A stretch of DNA of 64,000 bases from assembly GCA_905233445.1 (NCBI GenBank), contig CAJOEP010000002.1, positions 23,108 through 87,107 of the forward strand, written 5' to 3'. Below are positions 1 to 9,079 of the stretch, piece by piece. Under the pieces are notes generated by a model. The model was not told the DNA's origin. It saw nothing but the letters and a program-made list of their open reading frames with translations, and searched no databases. Every line of letters starts with the position of its first letter. Within the stretch, counting starts at the first letter, position 1. The translations under genes were made by a program, and so were the position numbers. The stretch comes from an uncultured Bacteroidales bacterium (GTDB lineage: Bacteria; Bacteroidota; Bacteroidia; Bacteroidales; F082).

Positions 1-1101
<1,101 letters not shown>

Positions 1102-1112
1102 AATCAATCATT

Positions 1113-1757
1113 TTAAAAACCGAAATAAACACCGACTACCACCGACGTGAACATCAGGCAGACCACCCACGAATAAATCTTTCCAAGCACCTCAAGCGCG
1201 CGGCCGTATTTGTAGTTGTAAAGCCCCAAAGTCTGGAACATCGCAGCAAATCCGTGACGGATGTGGAACCACACCACCACAAAGAAAACCAGATAGCTTA
1301 TGGCGATATGTGTTATCTGAAATTTCTGATGTGCCTGCTCGTAAAAGTTGAGATTTCCGTCAACCAAGCCGAGTTTTACGAAGTAAAAATCCATGAAATG
1401 GCAGAAAAGGCACACCAAAATCAAGATGCCTGTCCAGACCTGAAGCTTCGAGCCAGTATGAGTCTTTGAGCGTTGCGGCTGATGATATCCTTGCGGACGC
1501 GCCATCTTGTTCTCGATGGTCACCCAAACCGTCAGTATGATATGGAACAAAAACGTCCCTAACAATATGATTTCCATAAACTTAACCAGATAATTGGTTC
1601 CCATGAAATCGCAGAAAGCGTTGTACCACGCACCGCCGTCATGCCTCAGAATACACATGTTCGCCGCTGCATGAAACAGTAAAAACACGCACAAAAACAT
1701 GCCAAGCAGCGCCACCAGAATCTTTTTCGAAATCGAATGTAATTTTATTATTTGCAT
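1113..1757 (-). CDS. frdC: Fumarate reductase/succinate dehydrogenase cytochrome b subunit
   Basis: Polytopic membrane protein with conserved His residues. The ATG at 1757 (MQIIKLHSISKK) is preferred over the longer alt-start ORF. It sits upstream of frdA. Confidence 0.75.
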   Translation of the reverse strand: MQIIKLHSISKKILVALLGMFLCVFLLFHAAANMCILRHDGGAWYNAFCDFMGTNYLVKFMEIILLGTFLFHIILTVWVTIENKMARPQGYHQPQRSKTHTGSKLQVWTGILILVCLFCHFMDFYFVKLGLVDGNLNFYEQAHQKFQITHIAISYLVFFVVVWFHIRHGFAAMFQTLGLYNYKYGRALEVLGKIYSWVVCLMFTSVVVGVYFGF

Positions 1758-1796
1758 ATTTATAACTTCTATTTTCAATTTTATCAAAACAACAAG

Positions 1797-1824
1797 TACG
1801 GACAAGGCATGCCTTGTCCCTACG
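1797..1824. repeat. GGCATGCC-core palindromic hairpin (family copy 1)
   Basis: ggacaaggcatgccttgtcc is a perfect 20-nt palindrome between the nqrF stop and the frdC start. Related copies are at 51603, 58608 and 58655. Confidence 0.8.
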
Positions 1825-1826
1825 GA

Positions 1827-3125
1827 TTAACCACCGAAATCATCAAACATGATGTTTTCTTTTGCAACGCCAAGATTATCAAGCATTTGAATCACTGCTA
1901 CGCTCATTGGACCCGGGCCGCACATGTAATACTCAATATCTTCAGGAGCCGGATGGTTTTTCAAATATGTCTCATACATCACGTTATGCACAAAGCCAGC
2001 AGTATAAGGAACTTTCGCGGCATCGGCTGCCGGATCCGGACGGTCCAGCGCCAAGTGGAAATGGAAGTTCGGGAAATCGCGCTCAAGTTGTTGGAAATCA
2101 GCGAGATAAAACACCTCGTTCAACGCCCTTGCGCCATAGAAATAATGCATCTTGCGGTCTCTGACATTCAAAGTCCTTGTCAGGTGCATTATCTGTGCAC
2201 GAAGCGGTGCCATTCCGGCTCCACCGCCAACCCAAATCATCTCGGGGAGTTGACAGTTGGCAGTTGACAGTTGGCAGTTATCATACCTCTTTACATGAAA
2301 ATCTCCGTATGGCCCCGACATCAGCACTTTGTCGCCTGGTTTCAGCGAGAAGATATACGACGACGCGATGCCTGGATTGACTTTCATGAAGCCTGAGCGG
2401 TCAGGCTTAAACGGCGGCGTGGCGATTCGCACCGTGAGCATGAAAACATCGCCCTCGGCGGGATAATTCGCCATCGAATAGGCTCGCACCGTCGGCTCGT
2501 TGTTGACGCAGCGCAGGTCGAGCATCTTAAACTTCTCCCACGACGGAAGATATTCATTACCAATGAGTTCCTTGTCGAAATCGGAATAGCTCAAGTCGAA
2601 TTTCGGTATCTTGATTTGGGCGTATGAACCCGGGATGAAGTCCATATGCTCGCCAGCAGGCAGCTGTACCTTAAACTCCTTGATAAACGTCGCCACGTTA
2701 CGGTTGCTCACCACAGTGCATTCATATTCTTTTACATCCAAAACCGATTGAGGCACAACGATTTTCAAGTTTTCCTTGACCTTCACCTGACAGCCCAGCC
2801 GCCAATGCTCTTGAATCTGTTTTCTTGTGAAAAATCCCGTCTCGGTAGGCAAAATCGTGCCTCCACCCTCCACCACACGGCATTTGCACTGTCCGCACGA
2901 GCCTTTGCCACCGCACGCCGACGCCAGAAAAATCTTCTGCTCCGCCAAAGTGGAAATCAGCGTGTTGCCAGCCGGCACGGTCAGCTCCTTGTCGTCGTTG
3001 ATGGTGATTTTCACCTCGCCTTTCGGCATGAGCTTCTCGCGCACCCAAAGCAGCAGCGCCACGAGAATCAAAACAATCCCGAGAAACACCGCTACGCTAA
3101 GTAATATATTGACAGTCAAGCTCAT
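1827..3125 (-). CDS. nqrF: Na+-translocating NADH:quinone reductase subunit F
   Basis: N-terminal TM helix, a 2Fe-2S ferredoxin Cys cluster (CGGKGSCGQCKC), FAD/NAD domain motifs (RAYSMAN, GGGAGMAPLR) and the C-terminal YYMCGP..DDFGG. Confidence 0.95.
   Translation of the reverse strand: MSLTVNILLSVAVFLGIVLILVALLLWVREKLMPKGEVKITINDDKELTVPAGNTLISTLAEQKIFLASACGGKGSCGQCKCRVVEGGGTILPTETGFFTRKQIQEHWRLGCQVKVKENLKIVVPQSVLDVKEYECTVVSNRNVATFIKEFKVQLPAGEHMDFIPGSYAQIKIPKFDLSYSDFDKELIGNEYLPSWEKFKMLDLRCVNNEPTVRAYSMANYPAEGDVFMLTVRIATPPFKPDRSGFMKVNPGIASSYIFSLKPGDKVLMSGPYGDFHVKRYDNCQLSTANCQLPEMIWVGGGAGMAPLRAQIMHLTRTLNVRDRKMHYFYGARALNEVFYLADFQQLERDFPNFHFHLALDRPDPAADAAKVPYTAGFVHNVMYETYLKNHPAPEDIEYYMCGPGPMSVAVIQMLDNLGVAKENIMFDDFGG
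2249..2283. repeat. Heptamer tandem array GTTGACA/GTTGGCA x5 inside nqrF
   Basis: gttgaca gttggca gttgaca gttggca gttatca, read in frame as NCQLSTANCQLP. Confidence 0.95.
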
Positions 3126-3129
3126 ACAA

Positions 3130-3744
3130 TCAAAGTTTTATTCCCATAAACGCCATAAACGCTATTCCCATCAGTCCAGTGATGATAAATGCTATGCCGA
3201 CGCCTTCGAGTGCCTTCGGAATCTTCGAATATCGCAGTTTTTCACGAATTGCGGCAATCGTCACGATGGCGAGCAGCCAGCCGAGTCCCGAGCCAAGGCC
3301 GAATACCGCAGCCTCGCCCACATTGCCGAAAGCGCGCTCCTGCATGAAGAGCGAGCAGCCCAAAATGGCGCAGTTCACAGCAATCAGCGGGAGGAAGATG
3401 CCCAGCGCCGAATACAAGGCGGGGCTGTATCTCTCAATCACCATCTCCAAAATCTGCACGATGGCGGCAATGATGGCGATAAAAAGTATAAACGTCAAAT
3501 AACTCAAATCGACGGCGGCAAACTTCGGACTAATCCACGCCAACGCGCCAGCTGATAGTAAATATTTGTCAATCAGATAGTTAACTGGCACGGTGATAAG
3601 CAACACGAAAGTCACCGCCACACCCAGTCCGGCACTCGTCTTCACATTCTTCGACACCGCCAAATACGAGCACATGCCCAGGAAATAGGCGAAAATCATG
3701 TTATCGACGAAGACCGAACGAATTAGGAGATTGACTATATTCAT
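3130..3744 (-). CDS. nqrE: Na+-NQR subunit E
   Basis: 204-aa polytopic membrane protein in the conserved position between nqrD and nqrF, with a typical NqrE/RnfA-like sequence. Confidence 0.9.
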   Translation of the reverse strand: MNIVNLLIRSVFVDNMIFAYFLGMCSYLAVSKNVKTSAGLGVAVTFVLLITVPVNYLIDKYLLSAGALAWISPKFAAVDLSYLTFILFIAIIAAIVQILEMVIERYSPALYSALGIFLPLIAVNCAILGCSLFMQERAFGNVGEAAVFGLGSGLGWLLAIVTIAAIREKLRYSKIPKALEGVGIAFIITGLMGIAFMAFMGIKL

Positions 3745-3759
3745 TTAGTTTATTTTTTT

Positions 3760-3813
3760 GACGCGAGACTTTGAGACACGAGACGCGAGACTTTGAGACA
3801 CGAGACGTGTGAC
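3760..3813. repeat. GAGAC-word array (2 x 22-nt unit plus partial)
   Basis: gacgcgagactttgagacacga occurs twice, followed by gacgtgtgac. Positions 3795-3813 form an inverted repeat with 4241-4259 (17/19 match). Confidence 0.9.
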
Positions 3814-3815
3814 TT

Positions 3816-4172
3816 TTATTTTTTTGTATTATTATCCAAATATGTTATAAATGCTCCTATTGAATTTGATAATGTTTTACATTTATTAATTAACTCATCA
3901 GCTATTTTTTCTGTACAATAACCAATTTTCGGACAAAGATATAACATATTTTTAACTTCTCCACAACTACCTTTTGATATTCTTAGATATCTTATCATTA
4001 TTCTATCAGAATTATATTCTGCTCCTTCTGCAATATTGTTTGATATTGATATAGCTGCTCTTTGTATCTGATCTCTAAATCCATAATCTTTATTATCTTT
4101 AAACAATCCATAGATTTTTAATGCGATATTCTGTGCATCTTTCCATATTCTCAATTCTTCATAAGCCTGCAT
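3816..4172 (-). CDS. Four-helix-bundle protein (23S rRNA intervening-sequence protein / Avd-like family)
   Basis: 118 aa. The sequence WKDAQNIALKIYGLF...AISISNNIAEGAEYNS...RYLRISKGSCGEVKNMLYL is typical of the S23p/IVS-protein family. The gene is visibly AT-rich relative to the flanking nqr genes. Confidence 0.8.
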   Translation of the reverse strand: MQAYEELRIWKDAQNIALKIYGLFKDNKDYGFRDQIQRAAISISNNIAEGAEYNSDRIMIRYLRISKGSCGEVKNMLYLCPKIGYCTEKIADELINKCKTLSNSIGAFITYLDNNTKK

Positions 4173-4233
4173 ACTTTCATCCTTTCTTTTTCTAATTCAA
4201 CATTCATTCCATTTCATCTTATCCATATCCCTC

Positions 4234-4282
4234 GTCTCATGTCTCACGTCTCATGTCTCACGTCTCTTCGTCCCGCGTCTCG
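4234..4282. repeat. GTCTC-word array (2 x 14-nt unit plus partial), inverted relative to 3760-3813
   Basis: gtctcatgtctcac occurs twice, followed by gtctcttcgtcccgcgtctcg. The array overlaps the last codons and the stop of nqrD. Confidence 0.9.
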
Positions 4283-4861
4283 TATCCAGATGACAATTCC
4301 CACGATAATCAACGCCATCGGCGGCAGAATCATCAGTCCGTTATTCTGATATCCGGCATCATAAAATGACTGCGGAATCACTTGATATCCGAGCAGCGTT
4401 CCCGAGCCAAAAAGCTCTCTGAAAAACGCCACGATTATCAATATCAAACTGTATCCGAAACCGTTGCCGAGGCCGTCGAAAAACGACTCGACAGGGCCAT
4501 GCGACAGCGCAAATGCCTCCAGGCGTCCCATGATGATGCAGTTTGTAATGATAAGTCCCACATACACAGAGAGTTGCTTGCTGACATCGTATGCAAATGC
4601 CTTTAAAAACTGGTCAATCAGAATCACCAGCGTCGCGACCACCACCAGCTGCACGATGATGCGGATTCTCGACGGAATCCCCTTTCGCAGCAGCGAGATG
4701 ATAAGGTTCGAAAACGCCGTCACCACCGTCACCGAAAGCCCCATCACCAATGCGGGCTTCAGCTTTGCGGTGACCGCCAGACACGAGCAGATGCCGAGCA
4801 CCAGAACGGTGACCGGGTTCGCCTTGCGCAACGGTTCTATGACGAGTTTCTTCAAATTCAT
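4244..4861 (-). CDS. nqrD: Na+-NQR subunit D
   Basis: 205-aa polytopic membrane protein in the conserved operon position. The C-terminal tail RDAGRRDVRHET is encoded by the repeat array. Confidence 0.9.
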   Translation of the reverse strand: MNLKKLVIEPLRKANPVTVLVLGICSCLAVTAKLKPALVMGLSVTVVTAFSNLIISLLRKGIPSRIRIIVQLVVVATLVILIDQFLKAFAYDVSKQLSVYVGLIITNCIIMGRLEAFALSHGPVESFFDGLGNGFGYSLILIIVAFFRELFGSGTLLGYQVIPQSFYDAGYQNNGLMILPPMALIIVGIVIWIRDAGRRDVRHET

Positions 4862-5394
4862 CGCTTCTCAAAATATTCCCGATACTTCTGCATCGTGTTG
4901 TCTATCATATCTTTAACTCCGTTTGATGTCTTTGTAGCACCCGAAATGGCATCGACATCCATCGGAATCATTTGTCCTTTTATAAAAAACTGTTTTCCTC
5001 TAAACTGGCTCTGGAATTTCGCTGTCGTTATCTCGCCTCCCAAGCCCGGCGTCTCCGATTTATGATCAAAAACAGCACCTATAACCGATTGACCATCAGC
5101 GCTTATCGCGAGATAGCCCCAAATCGGACCCCAGAGTCCGTTGCCGCGCATCGGTAGTACCGTAATGCTGTCATTTACAATGTAAACCGGCAATTCTCCA
5201 TCAAAAAACTCGATTTTTCCGTCGTCATTAGCTGCCGCAGCCGACAAAATCATGTCACGTTTCTCATTTTCTACGTTGCGTTGCTGATAAGGCTGCAGCC
5301 AAAGCGCCGCCGCCGAAAGCAACACCGCCACCACGACCACCAACACCGTGGAATACAGGAAAATATAGCCGTTGCTGTTGATATCGCGTTTCAT
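4858..5394 (-). CDS. nqrC: Na+-NQR subunit C
   Basis: The ATG at 5394 (MKRDINSNGYIFLYS) overlaps the nqrB stop as ATGA. It has one TM helix and the FMN-attachment motif SGATKTS. The longer ORF start at 5556 lies inside nqrB. Confidence 0.85.
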   Translation of the reverse strand: MKRDINSNGYIFLYSTVLVVVVAVLLSAAALWLQPYQQRNVENEKRDMILSAAAANDDGKIEFFDGELPVYIVNDSITVLPMRGNGLWGPIWGYLAISADGQSVIGAVFDHKSETPGLGGEITTAKFQSQFRGKQFFIKGQMIPMDVDAISGATKTSNGVKDMIDNTMQKYREYFEKR

Positions 5395-6512
5395 CTTCTC
5401 TTGCGCCTCCTGATATTTAGCGCCACCACACAATGGTCGATGAGCGGAGCGAAACAATTCATTAACAATATGCTGAGCATCATGCCTTCGGGATATGCTG
5501 GGTTTATCACGCGCAGCATCACCGCGAAAATACCGATGAGCAAGCCGTAAATCCACTTTCCGATGTTGGTCTGGGCCGCAGTCACTGGGTCGGTCGCCAT
5601 GAAAACAGCGCCAAACATGAAACCGCCCATCAGATAATGGTAGTAAAACGGAATCTCAAAGTAAGTTGACAGTTGGCAGTTGGCAGTTGGCAGTTGATTA
5701 AATACCAATCCCATTAGGCCGCCACCAATGATTACGGATAGCATGATTCGCCAACTGGCGATGCCTGTCACCAACAAAATCGCCGCACCAATTAATATTG
5801 CCACCACCGACGTCTCGCATGTCGAGCCAGGGATGGTGCCGATGAACATGTCCAATGCCGATGCTGAAGGCTTCATTCCTGCCGCCAGCTCGGCCAAAGG
5901 CGTGGCTCCGACGACACCGTCGGTACCCCATAAGTCGTTGGCAATCCACACGTTATCGCCCGACATTCTTGTCGGATAGGCGAAAAACAGGAAAGCACGT
6001 GCCACCAACGCGGGGTTCATGAAGTTCATGCCAGTGCCGCCAAACACCTCCTTGCCAATTATTACTGCAAAAGCCACCGCAATAGCAAGCTGCCACAATG
6101 GCGTCGTGACTGGCACAATCATCGGAATCAGAAATCCCGTGACAAGATAACCCTCGTTCACCTGATGATGCCTGATTTGCGCAAAAGTGAATTCTATTAC
6201 CAAGCCCACGATGTAGCTCACCGCAATCATCGGGAGCATGCGAATGAAACCAAACCAGAAATTCTGCCAAAATCCGGCATGCAAACTCTGATATCCGATG
6301 TTCCACATTCCAAACAGCATCGCGGGAATCAGGGCGATGACCACAGTTATCATGGCACGTTTCAGATCGACGGCGTCGCGCACATGGCAGCCGCTCGTTG
6401 TCACCGTTTTCGGAGTGAACGCGAACGTGTGGAAAGCCTCGTAAGTGCTTCCCAACCACGACCATCTGCCCTTCGGTTCATGGTTTTCAAACCAGTTTTC
6501 CAGCCGCTTCAT
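5391..6512 (-). CDS. nqrB: Na+-NQR subunit B
   Basis: The ATG at 6512 (MKRLENWFENHEPKG) overlaps the nqrA stop. The conserved C-terminus reads FMATDPVTAAQT...NPAYPEGMMLSILLMNCFAPLIDH. Confidence 0.9.
   Translation of the reverse strand: MKRLENWFENHEPKGRWSWLGSTYEAFHTFAFTPKTVTTSGCHVRDAVDLKRAMITVVIALIPAMLFGMWNIGYQSLHAGFWQNFWFGFIRMLPMIAVSYIVGLVIEFTFAQIRHHQVNEGYLVTGFLIPMIVPVTTPLWQLAIAVAFAVIIGKEVFGGTGMNFMNPALVARAFLFFAYPTRMSGDNVWIANDLWGTDGVVGATPLAELAAGMKPSASALDMFIGTIPGSTCETSVVAILIGAAILLVTGIASWRIMLSVIIGGGLMGLVFNQLPTANCQLSTYFEIPFYYHYLMGGFMFGAVFMATDPVTAAQTNIGKWIYGLLIGIFAVMLRVINPAYPEGMMLSILLMNCFAPLIDHCVVALNIRRRKRR
5665..5699. repeat. Heptamer tandem array GTTGACA/GTTGGCA x5 inside nqrB
   Basis: gttgaca gttggca gttggca gttggca gttgatt, read in frame as QLPTANCQLST. 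Confidence 0.95.
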
Positions 6513-7864
6513 CACACTCCCTCCTTTCTCAACTTCTCCAGCGCTTCGCGAACAATCGCCTGGATATCTGTTTTCGAGACGTCGATAAACTCGCACAAAG
6601 CGAAATCCTCCGGCTCGACCTCATAAATTCCGAGGTTTTCCATCAGCTCGATGTCGCCAATCACGCAAGCTTTGATGAGTTGCGTTGGATAAATGTCAAA
6701 CGGAAACACTTTTTCGAAATAGCCAGTAAACACTAACGGTCGCACATCGCCATGAGTGTTGGTGTCGAACTTCCACCTCAGCAGTTTCGGCAAAAAACCG
6801 CTCAAAAATGTCCTCGAAAAACTGAATTTCTTGACTCCCGGCATCAGCCAGCCCATGAAATCGTAATAATCGCCTTCCGGGATGGCACTAACCAAATCGT
6901 CGTAAGCTCCAATAAATCCGTCAGATTCTATCTTATTGCCGCTCAACACGTTACCAGAAATTATGCGGCTATTTTCCTTAAATCCGAAATCTTTGATGCA
7001 AGCTCCTGCCCTCACCTTATAATATTGCGGATTCGCGACATTCGGTCCCGCCACCGCGATAATCTTTTCCGGATTGTACACTCCAGTGCTGACAAGCTCG
7101 CCGAGTACCGCCACATCTTGGATGTTCATCGTCCACACCACATCACCTTTATTTATCGGGTCGATGTGCGCAATCTGCGTGCCGATATTTCCCGCCGGAT
7201 GAGGACCTTTCACATAATGAGTTGGCAGTTGGCAGTTGGCAGTTGGCAGTTGTTCGATGTCTCGCATTACACCCCCCAGCGTCTCATGCCCAAAACAAAC
7301 ATGCACTTTGCCTTTTGTCAGTTTTGTCAAGGCTTCGAGCCCTTTTTTAAAGAACTCTTTCCTGCCTTGCATCACGAAATCGTAGTCCGGGGCGAGCGGC
7401 GCACTGCTAAATGCGCTCACAAAAATCGCTTTCGGCTCATCATCGGGATTTGCCACCGTTCCAAACGGACGCTGACGAAGCATTGTCCATAGGCCGCATT
7501 GAAGCATTATATTTTTAAGGTCTTCAGAGTTCTCTGAGAACCCAAAGTACTCTGAAGTTTCTATCTTACCATCAGCTTCCACCACCACCTCCAGTATCTT
7601 GCGTTTCTCGCCTCTCACCACGGCTTTCACCATGCCTCCAACCGGCGAAGTAAACCTTATCCGCTCATCGTTTTTATCGCAAAAAAGCGCATCGCCAACT
7701 TTTATGGCATCGCCTTCAGCGACAAGTAATTTCGGTGTAAGTCCAACAAAATCAGTGGGTTTCACTGCATACAATCTAATATCGAGCTTGTCGATGACAT
7801 GCTGTGCTGCCACCCCGTCAATCGGGATGTCGAGACCTTTTCGTATGGTGATAACATCAGACAT
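6512..7864 (-). CDS. nqrA: Na+-NQR subunit A
   Basis: The ATG at 7864 gives MSDVITIRKGLDIPIDG, a typical NqrA N-terminus. The GPHPAGNIGTQI motif is present. The ORF-track start at 7876 is a TTG. Confidence 0.9.
   Translation of the reverse strand: MSDVITIRKGLDIPIDGVAAQHVIDKLDIRLYAVKPTDFVGLTPKLLVAEGDAIKVGDALFCDKNDERIRFTSPVGGMVKAVVRGEKRKILEVVVEADGKIETSEYFGFSENSEDLKNIMLQCGLWTMLRQRPFGTVANPDDEPKAIFVSAFSSAPLAPDYDFVMQGRKEFFKKGLEALTKLTKGKVHVCFGHETLGGVMRDIEQLPTANCQLPTHYVKGPHPAGNIGTQIAHIDPINKGDVVWTMNIQDVAVLGELVSTGVYNPEKIIAVAGPNVANPQYYKVRAGACIKDFGFKENSRIISGNVLSGNKIESDGFIGAYDDLVSAIPEGDYYDFMGWLMPGVKKFSFSRTFLSGFLPKLLRWKFDTNTHGDVRPLVFTGYFEKVFPFDIYPTQLIKACVIGDIELMENLGIYEVEPEDFALCEFIDVSKTDIQAIVREALEKLRKEGV
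7221..7255. repeat. Heptamer tandem array GTTGGCA x4 plus partial inside nqrA
   Basis: gttggca occurs four times followed by gttgttc, read in frame as QLPTANCQLPT just before the conserved HYVKGPHPAG. Confidence 0.95.
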
Positions 7865-7907
7865 CTTTCTCGTCAATATTCGGGTGCAAATTTACAAAAA
7901 TAATATG

Positions 7908-7915
7908 TATCTTTG
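7908..7915 (+). promoter_or_regulatory. Bacteroidota -7 promoter box TAnnTTTG
   Basis: tatctttg lies 24 nt upstream of the ATG at 7939. The same tatctttgca word recurs upstream of many genes here (9048, 10064, 10974, 23486, 24681, 33122). Confidence 0.5.
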
Positions 7916-7938
7916 CACCATAAATAAACTTTTGCATA

Positions 7939-8967
7939 ATGAATATTAGAAAACGAATCTTTGGAGTCATTAGTTTGCTCTTTTGTTGGGTAACTTTACA
8001 GGCAGGCAACGGATGGTTTACATATGCACCTTACGGGAAGTCGCTTTTAAGTGATGTCCATCCCAATTTTGTACGGTTTGAGTTGGTTGGCAACAGCAAC
8101 CACGAAGTCTTTGATTTCGGTCATAGCGGCAAGTCGTTCCGTTACAGCACGCAAGGCTGTTTGGGGATGGATTTGCCCTTATGGAACGGAAATTTCGGTA
8201 CCGACGGCAGATTTGGCTTAAGTTTCACCATTGCCACATCGTATTATATGTGGTTGGACATGTTTGAATCGAAAACAGCGCCTGTCATCGACACCGACTA
8301 TCGTATCGGACTGCCCACCGCTACCTTCATCCATCGCTTCAACCGCAGGTTTTTGAGAAACTATTCCATTGCCTTCTCTCCTTATAAACATGAGTCGACT
8401 CATATTGGCGATGAGCTACAGATTCAGCGCATGGATGAAGATTATGCACTACGAAGAGCTAACGTGACTTGCAACTATACAGAACTGGCATTTACTCTGA
8501 ATGAGCCGGAAGACAAGAGCGTGCAATGCAATACTTTTCGCTTCGGATTGATGCTTTTATTGCTTCCTGATAAAGGATGGTATAGAATCAAAACATCGGC
8601 GGGAGACGGAAATGCGTCGCTGGCACATCCCACATACTCGCCATATGAAGCATATTTTCAGTATCAATATCAAACAGCCACGTCACGCAGAGGCTATCAA
8701 GGCATAATATCGGCCGAATTACGCAACAGGGTGGTCTATGGATATGATTTGACTTTAAAGAACGGTGACATCGACAACAGTCCGTCCGACTATCGGCGTT
8801 TCACTTACAGCCTTTTTCTTGGAATACGTTACAATATTCCTGGTTTTGAGGGCTATTTCAGCAGTTTTTCCATCGGGGCGAGATTATATCATGGCAACTG
8901 TCCGTTCGGACAATTCCGTTCCATTGATGATTACAGTCAAGTAGGCATTGTCTTTGTGTTTCAATAA
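7939..8967 (+). CDS. Hypothetical secreted/outer-membrane protein (possibly DUF1207-like)
   Basis: N-terminal signal peptide (LLFCWVTLQAG), a beta-rich Tyr/Gly-rich sequence and a HESTHIGDE motif. The family name is tentative. Confidence 0.6.
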   Translation: MNIRKRIFGVISLLFCWVTLQAGNGWFTYAPYGKSLLSDVHPNFVRFELVGNSNHEVFDFGHSGKSFRYSTQGCLGMDLPLWNGNFGTDGRFGLSFTIATSYYMWLDMFESKTAPVIDTDYRIGLPTATFIHRFNRRFLRNYSIAFSPYKHESTHIGDELQIQRMDEDYALRRANVTCNYTELAFTLNEPEDKSVQCNTFRFGLMLLLLPDKGWYRIKTSAGDGNASLAHPTYSPYEAYFQYQYQTATSRRGYQGIISAELRNRVVYGYDLTLKNGDIDNSPSDYRRFTYSLFLGIRYNIPGFEGYFSSFSIGARLYHGNCPFGQFRSIDDYSQVGIVFVFQ

Positions 8968-9021
8968 TTGGATAAATCGAATTGAATACGTCCTATAAAT
9001 AGCTCTCTTTGATTTTCAAAA

Positions 9022-9079
9022 CTTACAAATAATTGCTTATCTTTGCATTTTATTTCGCACTTTACTATTTTAAAAACAT
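9022..9079 (+). promoter_or_regulatory. Shared promoter/5' leader module (copy A)
   Basis: cttacaaataattgcttatctttgcattttatttcgcactttactattttaaaaacat is near-identical to 10962-11015. Its 5' half also matches 23470-23496. Confidence 0.6.

Noticed and set aside
3816-4172. The four-helix-bundle gene as the Avd component of a diversity-generating retroelement.
   Set aside because: There is no reverse transcriptase gene and no template/variable repeat pair nearby. Only the protein family is shared.
2249-7255. Heptamer arrays as a CRISPR array or as sigma-54 (TGGCA-N-TTGC) promoters.
   Set aside because: The 7-nt units are directly abutting with no spacers, so this is not CRISPR. The GG-to-GC spacing within the repeat (8 or 15 nt) does not fit the -24/-12 geometry, and the arrays lie inside coding regions on the antisense strand.
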